Positions 58,322 through 64,000 of a stretch of 64,000 bases of DNA are shown here, piece by piece. The stretch's first letter is position 1. Each line of letters opens with the position of its first letter. The notes beneath the pieces are model-generated. The model ran no database searches. It was given only the letters and a program-made list of their open reading frames with translations, and was not told where the DNA came from. The translations under genes and the position numbers were made by a program. The stretch spans positions 44,192-108,191 of the forward strand of contig CACMOZ010000002.1 of assembly GCA_902615435.1 (NCBI GenBank). The letters run 5' to 3'. The stretch is from an uncultured Pelagibacteraceae bacterium (lineage in GTDB: Bacteria; Pseudomonadota; Alphaproteobacteria; Pelagibacterales; Pelagibacteraceae).

Positions 58322-61213
58322 TTAATCTTTAAGTATCTTTTCTAATATTTCGTTTTGTTGTGCAAGATGTTTATTGAAATTTCCAGTCGCAGTGGTGGAA
58401 GAAGCCTTTCTTCCAACATATTTAACAGTTTTACCACCAAAATTTACTATTTTCAAAGTTCTATCTATATAATTTCTTACAGTATTCCATGCTCCCATGT
58501 TCTGTGGTTCTTCCTGGCACCAAATAAATTTTGCTTTTGTGTATCTCTTTAATACGTTAGCTAAAGTTTTAACAGGAAATGGATAAAGTTGTTCAATTCT
58601 AACAAATGTTACTTTGTCATTTTTGAACTTTTCTCTGGCTTCTATTAAATCATAGTAAATTTTACCAGAGCAAATTACTACTTTCTTAATCTTATCATCT
58701 ATGGTTTTTAATTCTAAAAGATTATTTACTTTTGAGTAAGCGTCATCTTCTAATACTCTATGAAAGGTGCTTTTTTTTGAGAATTCTAAAATGTTTGAAA
58801 CACATTTTTTATGTCTTAGTAAAGATTTAGGTGTCATTATTACTAAGGGCTTCCTAAACTCTCGATGCATTTGTCGTCTTAATACATGAAAATAGTTTGA
58901 TGGTGTTGTACAATTAACAATTTGAATATTTTCTCCAGCACATAATTGCAAAAACCTTTCCAGCCTTGCTGATGAATGTTCTGGGCCTTGTCCTTCATAA
59001 CCATGTGGAAGTAACATAACTAAACCACTGGCTCGTCCCCATTTTGACTCTCCGGATGAAATAAATTGATCTATAATAATCTGTGCTCCATTTGCGAAGT
59101 CACCGAATTGTGCCTCCCAAAGAACAAGTGTTTCTGGCTCTGAGAGAGAGTAGCCAAATTCAAAACCTAGTACTGCTAGTTCTGATAATAAACTATCAAT
59201 AATTTCAAAATTTTTTTGACTTTTAGAAATATTATTTAAAGGTATATACCTCTGATGATTTTCTTGATTTCTCAATACAGCATGTCTTTGGCTGAATGTT
59301 CCTCTGCCAGAGTCTTGTCCAGATAATCTTACTGAGAAACCCTCTGTCAGTAAAGTAGCAAAAGCTAGGCTTTCTGCTGTAGACCAATCAATTGCCTTTC
59401 CTTCTAATATAGAATTCATTCTTAAATCAAAGATCTTTTTTAAAGTTTTATGAACTTGAAAATCTGAAGGTATTTTCGAAATTTTTTTACCTATTTCTAT
59501 TAATTTATTTTTATCAACACCACTGAGTCCCCTTTTATCTTTTCCAAGACCTGGCTTAAATCTTGACCAAGCGCCATCAAACCATTTTAGCTCTGATTTA
59601 TAATTTTTTGAAGATTTAAATTCTCTTTCTAAAAAATTTTTAAAATCTAATTTTTCTTTTTGAAGATCTTCTTCTGATGTTAATCCCTCTTGGCTTAATT
59701 TTTTTCCATAAATTGATAGAGTTGTTGGATGAGACTTAATCTTTTTATACATAATAGGTTGGGTAAATGAAGGTTCGTCTCCCTCGTTATGACCGTATCT
59801 TCTATAACAAACCATATCGATAACAACATCTCTGTTAAATTTTTGTCTATATTCTGTTGCAATTTTTGCACAGTGAACAACCGCCTCTGGGTCATCACCA
59901 TTTACATGAAATATTGGAGCTTGAGCAGTTTTAGCGACGTCTGATGGATACGGAGAAGATCTTGCAAACCTAGGTGCTGTTGTAAAGCCTATTTGATTAT
60001 TAACAATTATATGTATAGTGCCACCGATATTATGCCCTGGCAATCCAGACATGGCAAAACATTCTGCAACAATCCCTTGTCCGGCAAAAGCTGCGTCACC
60101 GTGCATTAAAACAGGAATAACTTTTTTTCTATGTTTATCCTTATGAAAGAATTGTTTAGCCCTGACTTGCCCAAGTACAACTGGATTTACTGCCTCCAGA
60201 TGAGACGGATTGTCTGTCAGACTTATATGAACTGAATTGCCATCAAACTCTCTATTCGATGAAGCACCTAAATGATATTTTACATCTCCCTCAAAATCTT
60301 TGCTGGTACTTGCTGATTTTCCAAAAAACTCACTAAATATCGCTTTAAAAGGTTTTCCCATTACATTTGCTAATACGTTTAATCTTCCACGGTGAGGCAT
60401 ACCTATTTTAATTTCTTTAGCACCTAAGTTCCCCCCTCTTTTAATTATTTGCTCTAAAGCAGGTATCAACGACTCACCTCCATCTAAACCAAATCTTTTT
60501 GTTCCTACAAATTTTACGTGTAAGTATTTTTCAAACCCTTCTGCTTGAACCATTTTATTCAATATTGCTTTTTTTCCATTATTTGTAAAAGTTATGTTTT
60601 TTTCAGGCCCTTCAATCCTATTTCTAATCCAAGCTTTTTCATCTGGATCGCCCATATGCATAAATTCATATCCTATGTTTGAACAATAGGTTTTTTTTAA
60701 AATTTTTAATATTTGATTTAAATCACCGTATTGAAGACCAAGAACTCCATCTAAAAAAATAGATCTATTATAATCTGACTTTGTAAATCCGTAACTTTCA
60801 GGTTTAAGCTCAGGATGCTCATCTTTTTTTTGAATCGATAAGGGATCTAAATTTGCTATTAAATGACCTCTAATTCTGTAGGCCCTTATTAACATAATTG
60901 CTCTAACCGAGTCTTTTGAAGCTTGTTTTACAGATTTAGAATCTAATTCTTTTAAAGACTCTTCTAAAATTTTATTTGCTTCAATACTTTGTGTAGGTTT
61001 TTTAATTTTTTTTTCTGGTGACCAGCTTGGCCCATTTAGATCATCATAGATCAACTTCTCATCATCACTTAAACCATCAAAAAATTTTCTCCAACTTTCG
61101 GGTAGGGATTTGGGATCAGATATGTAATCGGCATAAAATTCATTTATAAATTCAGAATTGCTGCCTGCTAAAAAAGACGTTTTTTTGTATGTAGTGTTTT
61201 TAGAAGAAGACAT
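58322..61213 (-). CDS. sucA: 2-oxoglutarate dehydrogenase E1
   Basis: GMPHRGRLN, NPSHLE, HGDAAF, WEAQFGDF and GPEHSSARLER. Confidence 0.97.
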   Translation of the reverse strand: MSSSKNTTYKKTSFLAGSNSEFINEFYADYISDPKSLPESWRKFFDGLSDDEKLIYDDLNGPSWSPEKKIKKPTQSIEANKILEESLKELDSKSVKQASKDSVRAIMLIRAYRIRGHLIANLDPLSIQKKDEHPELKPESYGFTKSDYNRSIFLDGVLGLQYGDLNQILKILKKTYCSNIGYEFMHMGDPDEKAWIRNRIEGPEKNITFTNNGKKAILNKMVQAEGFEKYLHVKFVGTKRFGLDGGESLIPALEQIIKRGGNLGAKEIKIGMPHRGRLNVLANVMGKPFKAIFSEFFGKSASTSKDFEGDVKYHLGASSNREFDGNSVHISLTDNPSHLEAVNPVVLGQVRAKQFFHKDKHRKKVIPVLMHGDAAFAGQGIVAECFAMSGLPGHNIGGTIHIIVNNQIGFTTAPRFARSSPYPSDVAKTAQAPIFHVNGDDPEAVVHCAKIATEYRQKFNRDVVIDMVCYRRYGHNEGDEPSFTQPIMYKKIKSHPTTLSIYGKKLSQEGLTSEEDLQKEKLDFKNFLEREFKSSKNYKSELKWFDGAWSRFKPGLGKDKRGLSGVDKNKLIEIGKKISKIPSDFQVHKTLKKIFDLRMNSILEGKAIDWSTAESLAFATLLTEGFSVRLSGQDSGRGTFSQRHAVLRNQENHQRYIPLNNISKSQKNFEIIDSLLSELAVLGFEFGYSLSEPETLVLWEAQFGDFANGAQIIIDQFISSGESKWGRASGLVMLLPHGYEGQGPEHSSARLERFLQLCAGENIQIVNCTTPSNYFHVLRRQMHREFRKPLVIMTPKSLLRHKKCVSNILEFSKKSTFHRVLEDDAYSKVNNLLELKTIDDKIKKVVICSGKIYYDLIEAREKFKNDKVTFVRIEQLYPFPVKTLANVLKRYTKAKFIWCQEEPQNMGAWNTVRNYIDRTLKIVNFGGKTVKYVGRKASSTTATGNFNKHLAQQNEILEKILKD

Positions 61214-61245
61214 TAAAAATTTATCTTAACATAAATAATTAAAAA

Positions 61246-62121
61246 TCAACCATTAAGTTTTTGATAAAGCGTTTTTCCTATGTCAGCTGGTGATTTTGAA
61301 ATTGAAATACCTGCAGATTTCATAGTCTCAATTTTATCTTCTGCGCCACCTTTACCACCAGAAATAATAGCTCCAGCATGTCCCATTCTTCTTCCTGGAG
61401 GTGCTGTTAATCCTGCGATAAAGCCTACCATGGGTTTTTTAATTTTTTCTCTTTTTAAAAAATCAGCAGCCTCTTCTTCAGCTGAACCTCCAATTTCACC
61501 TATCATAACAATTGATTTTGTTTCATCATCTTTTAGAAAAAGCTCAAGGCAGTCGATAAAGTTAGTACCATTAATTGGATCACCGCCTATTCCAATACAA
61601 GTGGATTGACCCATACCATTTGCCGAGGTTTGAGCTACAGCCTCATAAGTTAAAGTGCCTGATCTTGAAACTATTCCTACTGTTCCCTTTTTATGTATGC
61701 TTCCTGGCATTATTCCAATTTTACATTCACCAGGAGTAATAATACCGGGACAGTTGGGGCCAATTAATCTTGAGTTACTCTTATGCAGTGACTGTTTTAC
61801 TTTAAGCATATCCAAAACAGGAATTCCCTCTGTGATACAAACTATTAACTCTATTTGAGATTCTATTGCTTCTTCAATTGCTGCACCTGCAAATTTTGGA
61901 GGGACATATATCATTGTAGCGTTTGCTGACGTTTTTTCTTTTGCTTCCTGAACTGAATTAAAAACTGGAAGGTTTAGATGTTTTTGACCTCCTTTCTTAG
62001 GAGTGACACCTCCAACTAATTTCGTTCCATATTTTAAAGCTTGCTCAGAGTGAAATGTTCCGTGCTTTCCAGTAAAACCCTGACAAATAACTTTTGTATT
62101 TTTATCGACTAGAACTGACAT
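61246..62121 (-). CDS. sucD: Succinyl-CoA synthetase alpha subunit
   Basis: [15 protein letters not shown] and MGHAGA. Confidence 0.97.
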   Translation of the reverse strand: MSVLVDKNTKVICQGFTGKHGTFHSEQALKYGTKLVGGVTPKKGGQKHLNLPVFNSVQEAKEKTSANATMIYVPPKFAGAAIEEAIESQIELIVCITEGIPVLDMLKVKQSLHKSNSRLIGPNCPGIITPGECKIGIMPGSIHKKGTVGIVSRSGTLTYEAVAQTSANGMGQSTCIGIGGDPINGTNFIDCLELFLKDDETKSIVMIGEIGGSAEEEAADFLKREKIKKPMVGFIAGLTAPPGRRMGHAGAIISGGKGGAEDKIETMKSAGISISKSPADIGKTLYQKLNG

Positions 62122-62123
62122 TT

Positions 62124-63287
62124 TTAATTTATTGCCTCAACTATTTTTTTTGCAGCATCATTTAAATCCGAAGCAGAAAGTATTTTTAATTTAGATTTTT
62201 CTAATATCTCTTTTCCCTCTTTAACATTTGTTCCCGCCAATCTTACAACTAAAGGGACGGATAAATTTATTTCTTTAGCAGCATCTATAACTCCTTGAGC
62301 GAGAACATCACATCTCATAATTCCTCCAAAGATGTTTATTAAGATACCTTTCACATTTTTATCTGAAAGGATCAGTTTAAATGCAGCCGCAACTTTTTCT
62401 TTAGTTGCCCCACCTCCTACGTCAAGAAAATTTGCAGGCTCTTTTCCATACAGTTTAATTATATCCATTGTTGCCATAGCTAAGCCTGCTCCGTTAACCA
62501 TACAACCGATTGATCCATTTAATTTAATGTACGCAAGATCGTACTTACTTGCTTCGATTTCAGCTGAGTCTTCCTCGTTTAAATCCCTAAGTTTAAGTAT
62601 TTCTGGCCTTCTAAATATAGCATTATCATCAAAGTTCATTTTAGCATCCAGACAAATAATTTTATTTTCTTTGGTAACAATTAATGGATTTATTTCTATA
62701 AGACTTGCATCCTTTTCTACTATGATTCTGTATAGAGATTTAATTAGTTTTTTCGTAGTTTTTGTTTGATCAGAATTAAATTTAAAAACTGATAAAATTT
62801 TTTCAATTTCTGACTCTGAAGGGCCATCTTTTTTTAATTCAATTTTAGTTGTTAATATTTTTTCAGGATTTTTTGAAGCAACTTTTTCGATATCCATACC
62901 GCCTTCTGTACTGCTTATAAATGCTATTTTTGAAGACTCTCGATCGATTAAACATGACAAATAAAATTCTTTAGCAATATTTGATGCTTCCTCAATGTAT
63001 AATCTTTTAACTTCTTTTCCCTCTGGTCCAGTTTGATGAGTAACTAAAATTTTTCCCATCATCTTTTTTGCTTCTGTATGCAGTTCCTCAATGTTTTTGA
63101 CTAATTTTACACCACCAGCTTTACCTCTGCCTCCAGCATGGATTTGAGCTTTCACAACGTATTCTTTGCTATTTAATTTCTTTATTTCTTTATCAATTTC
63201 ATCAATAGTTAAGATAACTACACCATTAGAAACTGGTGCTCCAAACTCTTTTAATATTTCTTTAGCCTGATGTTCGTGAATATTCAT
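62124..63287 (-). CDS. sucC: Succinyl-CoA synthetase beta subunit
   Basis: [21 protein letters not shown] and NFLDVGG. Confidence 0.97.
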   Translation of the reverse strand: MNIHEHQAKEILKEFGAPVSNGVVILTIDEIDKEIKKLNSKEYVVKAQIHAGGRGKAGGVKLVKNIEELHTEAKKMMGKILVTHQTGPEGKEVKRLYIEEASNIAKEFYLSCLIDRESSKIAFISSTEGGMDIEKVASKNPEKILTTKIELKKDGPSESEIEKILSVFKFNSDQTKTTKKLIKSLYRIIVEKDASLIEINPLIVTKENKIICLDAKMNFDDNAIFRRPEILKLRDLNEEDSAEIEASKYDLAYIKLNGSIGCMVNGAGLAMATMDIIKLYGKEPANFLDVGGGATKEKVAAAFKLILSDKNVKGILINIFGGIMRCDVLAQGVIDAAKEINLSVPLVVRLAGTNVKEGKEILEKSKLKILSASDLNDAAKKIVEAIN

Positions 63288-63328
63288 TTTGCAAGTATTT
63301 ATAATGATTTTTATTAAATTTTACAATC

Positions 63329-64000
63329 TTAGTAATAGCATGATGAAATATCGAACTTAAACAGAACATCTTCTATTATATTCATATTTGAACATTCCAT
63401 TGGAAATTTTTCAAATATTTTATTGAATAAGTCTAAATGATATTTTCCTAAATTAGAGTCTATATAAATAACCTCAATTTTATTTTTTAGAATAATATTG
63501 TAATTAAAAAGCAAATATTCGTCATAAAGAGAGTTGGTTTTAGCTGGACGAGCTACTGGTGTTCCAAACCATCTATTCGGTGAATGTAAAGATTTATTCA
63601 ATATTGCTGAGAAAAATTGATAATTTGAAATAAACATCGTTTTTTTTGTTTCATTTTCTAAAATTTTCTTAAAGACAAACAATTTTTCAATCTCTTTAAT
63701 AGTATTTTGTGAGTATTCTCTTGTAATCCATTTTAGTCCTTTTAATTTTGGAGTTAAATTACTTGTTTCATAATAGTTTGATAGATTAATATTTTCCAAA
63801 TTTAGCATCTTTCTTTCCTCGTTAAATCTAAAGTGATATTTTGTAGTAACTGATAAACAAAAAATTATGAGAAAAACGTTAAACCACTTTGAAAATTTGA
63901 TCTTTTTTAAATTACTTTGAATTAATGCACAAATTATAGGAATTATAAAAAATATAAAAATAAAGTTTAATGTTAACCACTGATGAAAAATCAGTGAAAT
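63329..64000 (-). CDS. C-terminal part of a hypothetical membrane protein starting beyond the right edge
   Basis: The frame of track ORF 63329..63808 stays open to 64000 (ISLIFHQWLTLNFIFIFFIIP...TTKYHFRFNEERKML...). Confidence 0.75.
   Translation of the reverse strand: MSLIFHQWLTLNFIFIFFIIPIICALIQSNLKKIKFSKWFNVFLIIFCLSVTTKYHFRFNEERKMLNLENINLSNYYETSNLTPKLKGLKWITREYSQNTIKEIEKLFVFKKILENETKKTMFISNYQFFSAILNKSLHSPNRWFGTPVARPAKTNSLYDEYLLFNYNIILKNKIEVIYIDSNLGKYHLDLFNKIFEKFPMECSNMNIIEDVLFKFDISSCYY

Overview
Very AT-rich, gene-dense bacterial DNA with minimal intergenic space. Gene content and order point to a SAR11 / Candidatus Pelagibacter-type alphaproteobacterium (inference from composition and synteny; no database search was run). 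Most of the window is housekeeping: gltD (truncated at the left edge), uppP, thiolase, acetoacetyl-CoA synthetase, aceE-aceF, a TAXI-TRAP transporter, helicase-fdxA-carD, argH-lysA, tyrA-hisC, metXW, rplU-rpmA-obgE-proBA-nadD-rsfS-ctpA-rppH, atpHAGDC, priA and sucCDAB-lpdA. It also holds tRNA-Arg(ACG), tRNA-Leu(CAA) and a SAM-II riboswitch. No CRISPR array, transposase, integrase or prophage gene was seen. The most notable items lie below the ORF-track size cutoff or between genes: (1) a 24-aa protamine-like peptide gene (19/24 Lys/Arg) with its own Shine-Dalgarno, promoter and terminator, converging on a CarD with a similar Lys-rich tail; (2) an accessory block after aceEF encoding a secreted CRTAC1-like protein, a secreted 10-Cys protein, a 49-aa putative zinc-finger protein and an 18-aa membrane peptide; (3) a SAM-II riboswitch with a readable terminator/antiterminator; (4) a lipoyl-domain-fused AceE; (5) two divergent genes sharing one CATG start; (6) a GC-rich structured element between convergent genes; (7) an NtrC-like palindrome upstream of gltD.
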